A stretch of 64,000 bases of DNA from Euglena gracilis. Its lineage: Eukaryota. The position numbers and the translations under genes are program-made. The notes under the pieces were generated by a model. That model saw only the letters and a list, made by a program, of their open reading frames with translations, searched no databases and was not told the origin of the DNA. Each line of letters begins with the position of its first letter. Position 1 is the first letter of the stretch. The DNA is taken from the NCBI GenBank assembly GCA_039621445.1, contig CP154954.1, forward strand, positions 7,876,634 through 7,940,633, given 5' to 3'. Positions 1 to 15,000 of the stretch are shown piece after piece.

Positions 1-135
1 CCCTGGTCGGCCATGGTCGGCCCTGGTCGGCCCTGGTCGGAACCCCCACCTACGGGGGTCCTGAAAACCATAGTCGGCCCTGGTCGGCCCTGGTCGGCCC
101 TGGTCGGCCCTGGTCGGCCATAGGTGCCTGGTCGA
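1..135 (+). repeat. (CCCTGGTCGG)n decamer repeat
   Basis: Directly visible; resembles the CCTGGTCGGCC subrepeats in the TIRs of the 46745 element. Confidence 0.8.
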
Positions 136-815
136 CACCCCCCCCCGGAACCCACTCCATGCGCAGCAACGCTGCCTGGCGTCATGGGGGGGTCAATATC
201 CCCTTTCAACAAAACCTGTTCCTCCACTTAATTCCCACCCTGAGGGGAGGGCACAGGAAGGCCTGGTGAGGTGGAGGTCCTGCCTGGGGGGTGCTGACCC
301 CTGAGTTCAAAAATAAAGCCGTTTGGGGTGGTCAGATCCCGCTGTCCAAGAAGACAGGGGTGGGGGGTTGGACCCCCCTCTGGTCCCCACGGGGGGACCC
401 CCCTACCTATATAATGCGCATCTGGGTGACTGCTTTTCGGCCCGGCATTTTCGGCCTGGCGAGAAGAGCCAAACCCAAAAAGAAAAAGCGGGCCAACGGT
501 GCCATTTTGTGCAATTTTGGGCGAAAATTTGTTTAAAATTCAAAAAAAAATTTCGACACACCAGAAGGAAAAAAACTGACCTGTTTGGATGTTCCCAGGT
601 ACCCCGGGATTGGTCCAGACCCCCCTTGCCCAGTTGGGGGGGGGGGGGGAGGTCCAGATCCCCTCCAGCCTTGGAGGGGGGTGGGTTCCTGACATCAAAC
701 CCTGGTCGATCCTCCCCCGCCCTGTCCAGGACACAGCAGCATTTCACAAATGCGTCGTTGACACCCAGGGCAGGAAAAGCCACAAAAAAAAACGACTGGC
801 AGAGCCGCAGCACAC

Positions 816-3025
816 CGTCGCAAGCATCCCCTAAACCGTTGTTGTTTGCGTCGGGGGCGGGCCTCCCGCCCATCGACGTGGTTCAGGGGGGACCCTTATC
901 CGCCCCTCCCCCCCGCCCCCCCCCCCATCAACCGGGTTCCTACAAGCCCTGACTGGGGGGGGGGGGTCTCACGCACCCCCCGACCCGCAACCCCCGACTG
1001 GTTGGTCAGTATTTCGGGTCGTTGGTGGGCAGGTATTTTCAAAATATGCGATGCCAAAAAACCAAAAAAAATCAAACAATGACGATAAAATCCAAAATAA
1101 GGAAAAAAACCAACAAAAAAACCTGCAAAACAGCACAGATTCCACCAAATTGATTGAAAAATGCAAAAAAAGACAGCACAACATTTCCGTTGAGGATAAC
1201 GTGCAGACCCAAACCCATTGGCCATGCTTTGTCTTCAATTACGCATCGGCTTGGCTCGGGGCCCTGGGGTTACTCCCATGCTATGGCCAGCCACGTGACT
1301 GCCCTTCGGCTGCTGATGGCGCTTCAACAATAAGTTCCTGTTCCCGGCATCCTGAACACTTAATACAGCGTTACAGTGTACTGTTACTTAGACAACACCC
1401 GCAATTCTTTGAACAGCAGAGGGGGAGGCCCGGCCAGCCTGGGTTGGGTTGGGCACCGTGGGGCAGTTGTCGCATTCGTCCCCGACGCCATCCTTGTCCA
1501 CGTCGGGCGCGGGGCTGTCCGCTGGGGTTTCCGAGGTGCATCTGCGTACCTGGAATCCTCATTTTTTCCGGGCGGGGAATGCATTGTGTTGAATGGCGGG
1601 GAATGCATTGTGTTGAATCTGCTGTTGCATGTGCATGACTGCGACCGTGTCCAATACGCCGATGTCAGCGTGTGACCATTTGCGCACCCTGCACAACAGC
1701 AGACATTTGCATTTGTCTGCAGTAACTCAGGAGGAAGCAGATTCTCAAAGTATATATACACACACATATATATATATATACATACACATATATACATATA
1801 TATGTATGTTTATATGTATGCATACATATGTATATATATGCATGTATACGTATATATATACATATACATACATATTTGTTGAAATACGTGTTTGTGTTAT
1901 ATCCTCTGATTCGACGAGTAAATTATGTTGCTGAGCTGTCATCAATTATCCGCCACGCCTTTGCTGCTGGCTTTGCTGTGACAAACCGCTGGGAAGTGTC
2001 TACCTTGTGGCCGCTGTTCCGCTTCTCAGACCAAGCATAACACAGCAGCCAGCAACTCAAATTCTGCCTTCGTGATGGCATGTGTGCTGCAGGACGCATA
2101 TGGCTCTGCTTGAGGAAGTGCGGTGATGAACAGAAATCTTTCGCAACCTTGTCCACAAAATTTTGAAAAAAGCGGGGGGTATGAAGACTATTGACACGCC
2201 AGGGGTATGAAGACCTTCATAACTGAGTGTGTGTGTGTGTGTGTATAAACGCATATGCCTCCCCAACAATATGCATCCGACTGCATGCAATTGTTTTGTT
2301 GGAAATTCTTTCGCAGTGTTACCATTTGAACCACCCAGGGACTTAGCATGCAGATGCCTCCACCTTTAACTCATGCTTGCACACTTCGAGCGATCAAACA
2401 CAAAAGGGATCTTCTGTGTCCAAGAAATACGTGACAAGTGGAGAAGGATCCCTGGCATTGACACTCCATTTTTTTTGGCAAGGGCAGATCCTGGTGAGCG
2501 GCGAGGACGCAAACTTGATTTGCATATGCTTTGTTGAAACTTCTCAGACACTCATGAATTGCTGGCACGCTGGCTGGGTCAGAGAGAAGGTTCCCTGGCT
2601 TTCCCTGGCCAGTGGGATGGCAACGGTGCCCACCACATTCTCCCCGCCTCCGGCACTGTGCTCTTGATATTTTCATGTCGTGACCGAGCAAACGTTCTTC
2701 CTGTTTATTGAGTTGGAGATTTGTTTCTGGCTTCACCTCCCTGCGCCTACCGTTGACACCGGTGCAAATCGACGGGTGCATATGCAACCGACGAGACGCA
2801 TTGTTACGCATTGCGCCTGTGCCACGTTTTCATGGGTGTGTGCGTGTGGGGGGCCACCCCGGCCAGCCTGGGACGGGTTCACCGCCAGCGGGCAGTTGTC
2901 GCAGGCGTCTCCGACGCCGTCCGCGTCGGTGTCCTTCTGGGTTGGGTTGGCCACGGCAGGGCAATTGTCGCAGGCATCCCCCACCCCGTCGCCGTCGCTG
3001 TCCGGGCCGCACAGCTTGCCGGGGG
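816..3025 (-). CDS. Thrombospondin type-3 (Ca-binding) repeat exons 2865-3025, 1436-1504, 816-852
   Basis: Spliced: [81 protein letters not shown]. Confidence 0.88.
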
Positions 3026-5920
3026 CTGGGCAGGCCGGCAGAGAACCATCTCCCCATCAAATGCCACCCCCAAGGCGGTGTGTGAAATGAAAAAAAAAAC
3101 CTTTATCGTGCATACGTTTAATAATCAGGCAACTTTTGCCAGATTCAGGGAGGGTATGGCCCAATTTCTGGGAATAGGCCAAAAAAAACGGCCCCATTTA
3201 GGACATAGAGTTGGCCGGAAGTTAGGTCCTGGTTTCGGAAGATTTGTTGGAACACGGTTTGCCTAAACTTTGCCGGAATTCGGGGGTCTACCGCAAAAGT
3301 GGAATCCCAACTTTTTGGTTACCTTCGAGGAGGCTCCGCGGAGCCTCCGCGGAGCCTCCGCGGAGGCTCCTCGGAGCCTCAAGGTAACCAGGCTCCGCGG
3401 AGGCTCCTCGGAGCCTAAGGTAACCAGGCTCCGAGGAGGCTCCGCGGAGGCTCCTCGGAGCCTAAGGTAACCAGGCTCCGCGGAGGCTAAGGTAACCAGG
3501 CTCCGCGGAGGCTCCAAGGTAACCAGGCTCCGCGGAGCCTCCAAGGTAACCAGGCTCCGCGGAGCCTCCACGGAGCCTAAGGTAACCGGGCTCCGCGGAG
3601 GCTCAAGGTAACCAGGCTCCGAGGAGGCTCCGCGGAGGCTCGTCGGAGGCTAAGGTAACCAGTTTTGCCAGGGCATATTGTGAACATGGTAGTAACGGGA
3701 ATTTTGTTTTTTTTTGTGTTATAAAGAGAAACGTTATTCAATGTCAAACATGGCGACTGCACTCAGTGGCAGATCATGCTCTTCCAAACCTATCAGAATC
3801 TGTCCATTTTCTGCCCATTTGCATAGAGGATGCAAAAAAAAATTCACGTTCTGACAGGTTCGGAAGCTGCCACTGGGCGCAGTCGCCGTGTTTGACATTG
3901 AAGAAAGTTTCTTTTTATAACACAGAAAAAAACAAAAAAATAAATTCCCATTCCCAGTTGTATGTTCCCAGCGGGATGACAATTTTACGTACAATTCTGG
4001 CCTCTGGATAATTTTGGTGTAATTCTGGCAGAATAAATCCATTTTCGGTTTCGTTTTAAACTGTATGTTATCACTCAAAGTCCCTGTCCATTTGCTGCCC
4101 ATTTGCACAGAGGGGAAAATAATTCACGGACTAACTCACGGACTAATTCACAGACTCACAGGTGTAACAAAAAATTAACAGACTTCGGGAGGCAACATAG
4201 AGCGTAAACGAAACGGAAAATGAATTTATTCAGCCAGGATTTTACCTGAATTATCCAGACGCCAGAATTGTGCCTGAGATTGTGATCCCATTGGGATTTG
4301 CCGCAACTTTTAATCCTGAATTGGACTAAAGAATCTTCAACCAGGTGAACGAACAGTCACGTGGGGGGGAGGTGGTAGACAAACTGCACGTCAGCATGGA
4401 TGTGATGTTGCAAATAAAGGCCAGGTGAAACCCAAAGTGATCCATTTGGCTGTGCCCGGGGGGAGGGGGGCGGGGGGAGGGGGGGGGGGAGAGGGGAGGG
4501 GGGGGTGGGAGGGGGCCTGCTGCCCCCTCCCCCCGCCCCCCTCCCCCCTCCCCCCCCCCCTCCCCCCGCCCCCCTCCCCCCTCCCCCCGCCCCCCTCCCC
4601 CCCCCCCCCCCCACCCCCCCTTCCCCCCTACCCCCCACCCCCCTCCCCTGCTCCCCAATAACAACATCCCTTTGTGTGGACAAAGATTGGCGGACATGGC
4701 GTAAATAGCAAACGGGTAAACGGTAAAAGCAAATAAGGCAGACATGGCGTTTTTGTTGCAAATGGATTTTTGGTTTCAACAAGTTTGGTGGACATGGCGA
4801 AAACAGCAAATGGGTAAACGGTAAAAGCAAAATCAGGCGGACATGGCGTTTTTGTGGCAAATGGATGAATGGTTTTCAACAAGATTGGCAGACATGGCAT
4901 TATATAGCGAACGGGTAAACGCTAAATGCAAAATAAGGAGGCAAATGGATAAATAGTTTTCAACAAGTTTGGCGCAGGGCGGTCCTTAAGGAAATAAAAA
5001 AACAAAATTCTGCCGTCCCACACTCAATAAAAAATACAGGAAAATGGGCAAAGAAATTTGGCATTCTTCGGCGACAACAGGTCGATATCAGGGGGAAAAA
5101 CTGATTATTGGCATCCTGTGACCATCGACCAATCCACCCAAATCATCAAAAAGTGTGTTTTTTTTTGGACTTTTTAATTTTGGACCCCGTTCAAGTCCCA
5201 GTCCTGCCCTTGGTCGGTCCTTTGGCCGAAAGAGGGGCGGTGCTTAAGAAAATTAAAAAAAAACTTTCCTGTCCCTTAAAGACTGCCCTGGTTTGGCGGA
5301 CATGGCGTAAATGGCAAACGGTTAAATGGTAAAAATAAAAATTAGGAGGACATGGCATTTTTGTTGCAAATAGATTTTTGGTTTTCAACAAGTTTGACAT
5401 GGCGTATACAGTAAACGGGTAAACGGTAAAGCGGTGCGATACCAGACATGGCCTGTGTACAACAGTGGTTACCTCCGAGGAGCCTCCGCGGAGGCTCCGC
5501 GGAGGCTCCAAGGTAACCAGGCTCCGCGGAGCCTCCAAGGTAACCAGGCTCCGCGGAGCCTCCTCGGAGCCTAAGGTAACCAGGCTCCGCGGAGGCTCAA
5601 GGTAACCAGGCTCCGAGGAGGCTCCGCGGAGGCTCCTCGGAGCCTAAGGTAACCAGGCTCCGCGGAGCCTAAGGTAACCAGGCTCCGCGGAGGCTCCAAG
5701 GTAATCAGGCTCCGCGGAGGCTCCAAGGTAACCAGGCTCCGCGGAGCCTCCTCGGAGCCTAAGGTAACCAGGCTCCGCGGAGGCTCCTCGGAGGCTAGGT
5801 AACCAAAACTTAGGATTCCACATTTGCTGGGACCCGGAATTCGGCCTAAAATCTTCCTAACTTGGTCAGGAACGGGTGTAACTTATTCCGGAATACCTAT
5901 ATTTAGAGCGCCAGCGAGTA

Positions 5921-5951
<31 letters not shown>

Positions 5952-8719
5952 GTGTGCGCGCGCGTCTTTATATATACGTATGTGTGTATGCATACATACA
6001 TACATACATACATACACACATACATCCATTCACACACACATACATACATACATGCATACATACATACATACATACATACATTACATACACACATTACATA
6101 CATACATTACATACATACATTACATACATACATTACATACATACATTACATACATACATTACATACATACATTACATACATACATTACATGCATACATTA
6201 CATACATACATTACATACATACATTACATACATGCATACATACATACATTACATACATACATACATACACACATACATACATACATACATACATACATAC
6301 ATACATACATCCGTCCGTCCGTACATACAAACATACATACATACATACGTACGTACGTACGTATGCATGCATGCATGTATGTTTGTTGTGTGCATCTGTG
6401 TGTGTATATTTGCGTGTGTTATTCACAGCACACGCATTGATATTTAAATGACACATTTCATATTCATATTTGCATTTTATGACATTATATGTGTGTATGT
6501 GTGTGGGTACATATGCATATGTGTATTCGTGTATATTTGTAATCAAATTGAGAATCAGTCAATGATGGGAGGGAGCCATATACCTTGCTCTTGGGCGGAC
6601 GCCTGCACTGGGGCAATGGGCTGGGCGGCAAGGGCGACCTTCGGGCTGGCGGCAGAGGTTTGGGCGGGGGCAGCGGCCGGGACAGCCTCTGCAGGGGGGG
6701 GGGGAGGGGTTTACGGGACAGGCCAATGTCCAAGAACACCGATATTTCAAGAATGTGGCGGCGAAACTGGGGGGGTCAAAGACACGGTGCGCCAACCCAT
6801 ATTGTTAACACACAGCAACAAAAAAATGAATCCCCCCCTTTTTATGCATTTGGTGCTGTTTGGGCCAAATATTGGTTTGAACAGCTGAGTCAGCATTCAG
6901 CACCCCAACCGGATCACCAAACCGATACACCGGGAGGGGCATTAATTGCCCTCCGCCTTCCATTGGACAAGGACGGGCCACACACACCCTGCTGGGTCGG
7001 GGTGACGGGCTGGGTGGCGGGGGCTGCAGCTGGAGCGCCCTCTGCAGAGGGGGGGAGAGGGTTGGCACATTGTTTCCTCTGTGTGCCTGCGGGGGTGAAG
7101 TGTTGTGACGCTCAAACCTGGTCTTGGGGCAGGGGGGCATCAAGCTGTTGTTTACCAACCCTGGGGGGGGGAGGGGGGTCCGGAGTGCCTGCCCAGGCAG
7201 GCACTACTCCCCCCCCCCGGGAGGGGGTCGGATTTCGGCCTGTGCCCAGGCACATTCCTTTGAAAATAGGCCATTTTCGGCTCCCCGGCGCCTTTGGCGC
7301 CAGGTCTGTGCTAGGGCACTTTTGGCCGTGTCCCCCCCCCCCGGGTCGAATCGAGAGTGCCTTGGAGTGCCTACCCAGGCAGGCACTCCCCCCCGGGGTG
7401 GGGTCGGCACCCGACTAAAATACGGCCTGGGGGGCATCTTGAGGTGCGAGAGTCATGGTTGTTGATATCACCAAAACGATTTATGTCGCTGTTCCAAAAA
7501 TCCTGTTCTGCTATTTTTCAAAGAACCTTCCAGGAATCTCATTTTGTTTTCTATTTTCAGCAAATCTTTTCCTTGTTGTTAACTTCCTGAACTTTTCAAT
7601 TTTTGGTTTGTAAATCAAAATTGCACAACCAATGCCAAATAACAATCAAGAAATATCCAGTTCGCCCCAGCAGAGGGGCTCACAAATCCAGGAAAAGCAG
7701 GTGGGCCAGAGATGAATTTTAGCCCTGCCCTGCACTGCATCCAACACACCAAAAAGGACCCAAAATAAACACCTCAAAAAAAAAACAGCAGGAAACCAAA
7801 TCTGTCCTTTGGCATTCTTTCTTGGATTGTAAAATTATCACCTTGAGCCAATACAATGAGCGTGGCACAGGTTCCATTTTGATGTGCCAGGCGCCAGACT
7901 GCTTTTTCCCAACCCAGGGGGTGCACTGCATCATTGGGGGCCTGCCCATAGCAAGCACACCCCGACCCCGGGAGGGGAGCAGTTTTTTTGAGTCCCAGTG
8001 CCAACCAACCAAGCCACTTTTTCCCTTGCAAATGGCCCCCAGCACCGGGGGCATAGCACTGCTCACCAAAAATCCGACCCCCTCCCCACAACAAATACCT
8101 TCCTGCCCATACCACCATACTACCCTCCCGGCGGGAGGGGGGGGGTGCGAACTTTTCTGAAAACAAGCCGGCCATAGCCTGCCACACACACCCTGGTGGG
8201 CCGGGGTGACGGGCTGGGTGGCAGGGGCGGCCTTCGGGCTGGCGGTTTGGGCGGGGGCAGCGGCGGGGGCGGCCTCTGTGTGGGGGGGAGGGGGTGGCGT
8301 TGCTTCCTCTGTGTGAATGCAGGATGATGTGTTGTAACGCTCAAGCCTGGTCCCAGGGCACCGTGTTTGCTAATATCATCAAAACCGTTGACATCACTGT
8401 TCAAAAATTCTGATCATTATTATCATTATCATTATTCTTCTTCTTCCTATTATTAAAAAAAATTCAACAATATCATTCTGTTAATCTGTACCATTCATTT
8501 CCCATTATAACATTTCACACCTTTTCAGCAGTTCCAGCGTTGCACTTTTCGTTGCAAATCTCTGAGTTTCGTCCCCTCAATTTTTGGGTTGGAAAATCAA
8601 AACTGCACTTTTAATGCCCGAATAACATCCAAGATATATCCAGTTTGCAGCCCTGCAGAGGGCTCACGTTGGTTCCACTCCGCCTTCCATTTCGATATTC
8701 GGTCCATAGGTGGACAGGG

Positions 8720-8774
<55 letters not shown>

Positions 8775-8818
8775 CACACATACACACACAAACACAAACA
8801 CACACAGACACACACACA

Positions 8819-8856
<38 letters not shown>

Positions 8857-9669
8857 GCTGGGCCAGGGCAATGGGCTGGGCAGGGGCGGCGTTCTGGCTG
8901 GCGGGTTGGGCGGTAGGTTGGGTGGGGACAGCTTCTGTATGGTGGGGGAGTGGTCGTACGGAACAAACAGCTGAGAACCCGGGCTCAATTCATTTGGAAT
9001 TGGACTGCATGTGGCTGGCCTCTGGCTAGGGCTGTATGGAAAGGCCTGGTGGGGGGCAGGCTTCAATTTAAGGGCAGGTGGGGGGGTCCAGACCCTGGTC
9101 CAGGAGGGGGGGGGGACTCCTGGATCGGGGGACCCCGACCTAAACCCTGTATGCCTCCTTGTATCGAACCCTGGGGGGTCGACCCATCGGGATTAATGCT
9201 GGGATTAGTGCTGGGATTGTGCCCCAACGATGCATTGTTCAGGGGGGGGGATGGTTTGCATTCCACGTGGGGTGATGAGGTGAATAACTTTGATTCTTGA
9301 AGCCCTGGAAGATCAAAACCAGATTTGATTCCTGGGCGTTTTCTTCCCCTACAACAGCCATGTGGGTATTGTGTGTTTTTTTGGAGATCTGGCTTTCTTG
9401 CACTTTTGATTTGTAAATCTAAATGCGCAAGGCAGAAACATCCACTTGCAGCCTGAAGAAATGAAGAAAAACACAAACCAGGAAAACCATGCCGCCTGTT
9501 AGTGCTTTGAAAAATCCAAATTCAAAGCTGTAGACTGAAAAATTGTCCCATATAATGCAACAAATCCAGCACATATATATGAATATGACCAAAACACTTG
9601 CATACACAACGCAGACACACAGGCAGGTCTTCATCGGACACATGGGGGGGCACACACAACGCGCGCGCG

Positions 9670-9734
<65 letters not shown>

Positions 9735-9749
9735 CACGCACAGGCACAC

Positions 9750-9792
<43 letters not shown>

Positions 9793-10565
9793 CCTGTTGG
9801 GCTGGGGCGATGGGCTGGGCGGCCTTCGGGCTGGCGGGGGTAGCGGCCGGGGCGGCCTCTGCAGAGGGGGGGGGGGTTGCATTCCTGGTTTTCCTGGACA
9901 TGTGTCACCCTCTGAAAGCGGCGAACGGCACATTTCTGTCTGAATGTATTAATGTTGGAAATCAGATTCTGGCAAAACCAAGGCGGGGGGGGGGGGGTAC
10001 AAAAAAAAGGAACAAAAACAGCAAAAAAAATGCGATTGAAACAGAAGAATGGCACGTTTAAGTGACAACAAAAAATGCACTCCTTCCACTGAGCTCCAAA
10101 GGTCGACGAACTGGAGGCGACGTTCGACGTTTGTGACACTCAACTTGGTCCCAGAGTGGGGGGATCATTATTGAAAACGGGGCAGTAGCTGCCAATGAAA
10201 CGGTTCCCTGTGCTCCAACTTCAGTGATTTCCAAGGGAGGGGAAGACATCGACCGAATTATTAGAATCAGGGATGAAAAAAAAACACAAATAATACACCC
10301 CCCCCAGCTCCCTCTTGTCCGTCCAGTAAGACTCTGTTTCCCACCTCAATCCAAATCCAGGTGTTGATAAACAACCAACGCCCCCTGGAGGAGGCTGGAA
10401 AACTTGGCCTGACCCCCCTCAGTTCCCCTGGAACTGGGCCTGCCATTCCCACCATTCAATACCGGGCCATGCGCGCGCGCACACACACACACACACACGC
10501 GCGCGCGCGCACGCACACACACACACACACGCACGCACGCACGCACGCACGCACGCACACACACA

Positions 10566-10597
<32 letters not shown>

Positions 10598-11989
10598 CAC
10601 ACACAGACACACACACACACACACACACACACCCTGCTGGGCCGGGGCGACGGGCTGGGCGGCAGGGGCGGCCTTTGGGCTGGCGGTGGCGGTTTGGGCG
10701 GGGGCAGCAGTTGGTGCGGCCTCTGCAGAAGGGGGGGGGGGTGGGGAGACGGGGTTTATAAAACAGGCAGTGGTGGCCGTCCCATTTGTTTTGGAAGGGG
10801 ACCCATGGCTGGCCTGCAGCTCACCTCCACGAGGGCATAATCACCCTTGACGCCCTCCTTTTGTTAAACCCTGTCACTGGCGCTTAAAACCTCACAGTTG
10901 GATTCCATTTGAAAAGAGGCCAGCCGTGTATTAAAAAAAAACAATTTCGTTTCTGGATTCACAGAAATGTGAAGAGCAGTACGGTGTGGGCGTCTCCGGC
11001 TTTGTGCGTCATTGCCGTTTCATGAACAAAACGATTCATCAATTCAAAGTTTTTTGAAATAATCCAATGATTTTGACAAAATTTTCAGGCTTCTTTGAGT
11101 CAACTCATCATCCCCTCCCATTCCAATAAACACCCAGAGCAAATGCAAGGGGCCAAGAAAAATTTCGGCTCTGTGGATGGTCAAAATGCCCCCAATGCCA
11201 AAACGTTGGGGGGGGAAATCCCAAATTTTTCTTCGGAAAAATTTCACAAAATGACTTGTGTGGAAAACTCCTAAACATTCCAAAAGCGTGCAAAATCCAA
11301 AAAAAATGAGGAAAAAAAGGAATTGGTTTTGCACTTTCCAGCGCGCAGCATCGAAAATTCTTTTGGAACCTGCCAAGTGGAGTGACATAAAGTGGAGTGG
11401 AGTGGAGTGGAGGAGTGGGTCCAACACCCACTCTCAACATCCAGGGGAAGGGGTGGTCCGGACCCCCCCTCCTACCACGGGGAGTTCAGGATCATGCTTG
11501 TGCTTACCGACCGGGGGGAGTGCTCTTGGGTGCCTGCCCCTAGCAGGCACACCCCCCCCGGGGGGGGATAGGGGTCCGGGCCGGACCCAGAAAATTTTTG
11601 TCGAAAATGGCCTTTTCCGAAGGCGCCGGGGTCGGAGGGGGGTGCCTGCTAGGGGCAGGCACCCCCCAAAACCCTACCCGGGTGCTATGGGGTGCCAGCC
11701 CCCAGCCCCCCCCCCCCCCGTGGGGTAGGCACCCGACTAAGCACAAGCCTGTTCAGGATCCCCCCAACCACCTATCTCAATACCGACGGACTTCCCATCC
11801 ATCCCCCCCCTCCCTGTGGAGCTCAGAGACTTTAAATTAACGTTGGCCAGAAAAAGGGCTGCTGGCCCCACCCCCAGGAGGAGAACTGTGCTGGACTTGA
11901 CCCACCAGAAAGGGAATGATTGTTAATACTCCTCTTCCATTTGCAGGCCGGGGCCACACACACACACACACGCACACACACACACACAC

Positions 11990-12066
<77 letters not shown>

Positions 12067-15000
12067 GCACGCACGCACACACACCCTGCTGGGCCGGGGC
12101 GACGGGCTGGGCGGCAGGGGCGGCCTTTGGGTTGGCGGTGGCGGTTTGGGCGGGGGCAGCAGTTGGTGCGGCCTCTGCAGAAGGGGGGGGGTGGGGAGAG
12201 GGGGTTTATAAAACAGGCAGTGGTGGTGGCCGTCCCATTTGTTTTGGAAGGGGACCCATGGCTGGCCTGCAGCTCACCTCCACGAGGGCATAATCACCCT
12301 TGACGCCCTCCTTGTGTCAAACCCTGTCACTGGCGCTTAAAACCTCACAGTTGGATTCCGTTTGAAAAGAGGCCAGCCGTGTATTAAAAAAAAACAATTT
12401 CGTTTCTGGATTCACAGAAATGTGAAGAGCAGTACGGTGTGGGCGTCTCCGGCTTTGTGCGTCATTGCCGTTTCATGAACAAAAAAAAAGACTCAAGTTA
12501 TTCAAAGTTTTTGAAAATAATGCAATTTTAATAAAAAATATTTCAATTATTTTGACAAAGTTTTCAGGCTTCTTTGAGTCAACTCATCATCCCCTCCCAT
12601 TCCAATAAACACCCAGAGCAAATGCAAGGGGCCAAGAAAAATTTCGGCTCTGTGGATGGTCAAAATGCCCCCAATGCCAAAACGTTGGGGGGGAAATCCC
12701 AAATTTTTCTTCGGAAAAATTTCACAAAATGACTTGTGTGGAAAACTCCTAAACATTCCAAAAGCGTGCAAGGTCCAAAAAAATGAGGAAAAAAAGAATT
12801 GTTTTTGCACTTTCCAGCGCGCAGCATCGAAAATTCTTTTGGAACCTGCCAAGTGGAGTGACATAAAGTGGAGTGGAGTGGAGTGGAGGAGTGGGTCCAA
12901 CACCCACTCTCAACATCCAGGGGAAGGGGTGGTCCGGACCCCCCCCCCCTACCACGGGGAGTTCAGGATCCCCCCAACCACCTATCTCAATACCGACGGA
13001 CTTCACATACATCCGCCCCTCCTTGTGGAGCTCAGAGACTTTAAATTAACGTTGGCCAGAAAACACACAACCACACACAGCCACACACACTCACATAGCC
13101 ACACACACACACACACACACACAACACACACACACACACACACACAGCCACACGCAACACACCCTGCTGGGCCGGGGCGATGGGCTGGGCGTCGGCCTTC
13201 GGGCTGGCGGTTTGGGCGGGGGCAGCTTCTGCAGCGGGGGTGGAGCACTACTTACCCCCACCCACCCACCCACCCACCCACCCACACGCACGCACGCACC
13301 CACTCACACAACACACACACGCACACACACACACACACACACAACACACACAACACCACACACACACACACACACACCCACACCCACACACCCACACAAC
13401 ACACACACACACACACACACACAACACACACACAACACACACACACACAACACACACACACACACACCCTGCTGGGCAGGGGCGATGGACTGGGCAGCAG
13501 GGACAGCCTTCGGGCTGGTGGTGGCGGTTTGGGCGGGGGCAGCGGCCGGGGCGGCCTCTGCAGAGGGGGGGGGGGAGTTGACATCTCCCGGTGATCCCGG
13601 ACGTGTGTCACCCTCTGCAAGCGGTGAACGGCACATTTCTGCCTGAATGTATTGATGTTGGGAATCAGATTTAACAAAAGCAAGGCGGGGCGGGGGATAC
13701 AAAAAAAAATGGAACAAACACAGCAAAAAAAAAATGCAATTGAAACAGAAGAATGGCACATTTAAGCGACAACACAAAAAGCACTCTTTCTGCCGAGTTC
13801 CGAAGTTGGTTGAAATGGAGGCGGCGTTCGATGTCTGTGATGGTGGTCCCAGAGTGGGGGATCAGGAGCAGTTATTATTGAAAACGGGGCGGTAGCTGCC
13901 AATAAAATGGTTTTCTGTGCTCAAGTGCAGCGATTTCCGAGGGACATCAACCGAATTATTAGAATCAGGTATGAGAAAATCACAATTAAATGATACCACC
14001 CCCCCCCCCCCCCCGGCTCCCCCTTGGTCATCCAGTAAATAACATTCTGTTTCCCACCTCAATCCAAATCAAGGCGTTGCTTAACAGCCACCCCCCCCCC
14101 CGGGAGGAGGCTGGAAAAACTTGTCCGGAAGGAAAAAAGTTGCTACCTGGCCCCCCTCAAAGGGGTTCCCCCCCAGAACTGGGCCTGACCTGCCATTCGA
14201 TGCCCCATGGCCATGAACACACACCCTGCTGCGCCGGGGCGATGGGCTGGGCGGCGGGGGCAGCCTTCGGACTGGCAGCGGCAGTTTGGGCGGGGGCAGC
14301 AGCCGGGGCGGCCGCTGCAGCAGGGGGGGACACGTCATTGACTCTGCATGGCACTGCATTTGCTGCTGTTTAATCATTGCTGGATTGCGTCCCTCATTCT
14401 TTTTACTCCTTCTTTGTTTTGTTTGGTTGATAGCAAATCGAAATTCCAACTCACACCCCAAAACAGAAATATATACCGGCCACCACCTGCAGAGAGAGCC
14501 AGAACTTCTGTTCCAGAAATCTTCTGCTATCTTTTGAGTCATACAATTCAAAAAAAAAACACTTGAGAATACTGAAATTTGTGCCCTGTGATGCAAATAA
14601 TCAAGAATAGCCAGAAAAGCTGTCGCAGGGGAGGAAACGACAAAGAACTAGATCTGTTTTTGATCTTCTGGGGCTTCAACAATTAAACGTATTCACCACA
14701 TCACCACAAATAGAATGTCCAGCCAATTACACCAAAAAATACACTGTTTGGGGCACTGTTTTGCACTCCACCTTCCATTTGACGAGCCAGGGCCACGCAC
14801 ACCCTGCTGGGCTCGGGCAACAGGCTCGGGGGCGGGGGCGGCCTTCGGGCTGGCGGTGGCGGTTTGGGCAGGGGCAGCGGCTGGGGCGGCCTCTGCAGAA
14901 TCAAGGGGACTGGCAGGGTCAGCCCATTATTGACTCCATGTACATGCGGGATGTAGCTGTAAAATTAAATCCCCCCCAAAAAACAGCACTCCTGCTACTA

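Noticed and set aside
200-780. Possible further exons of the minus gene (GVNDAFVKCCCVL; GWELSGGT)
   Set aside because: Splice sites are ambiguous and no domain is recognisable.
4455-4650. G-run/C-run block giving poly-Gly/Pro ORFs
   Set aside because: Low-complexity homopolymer inverted tract with unreliable lengths; not coding.
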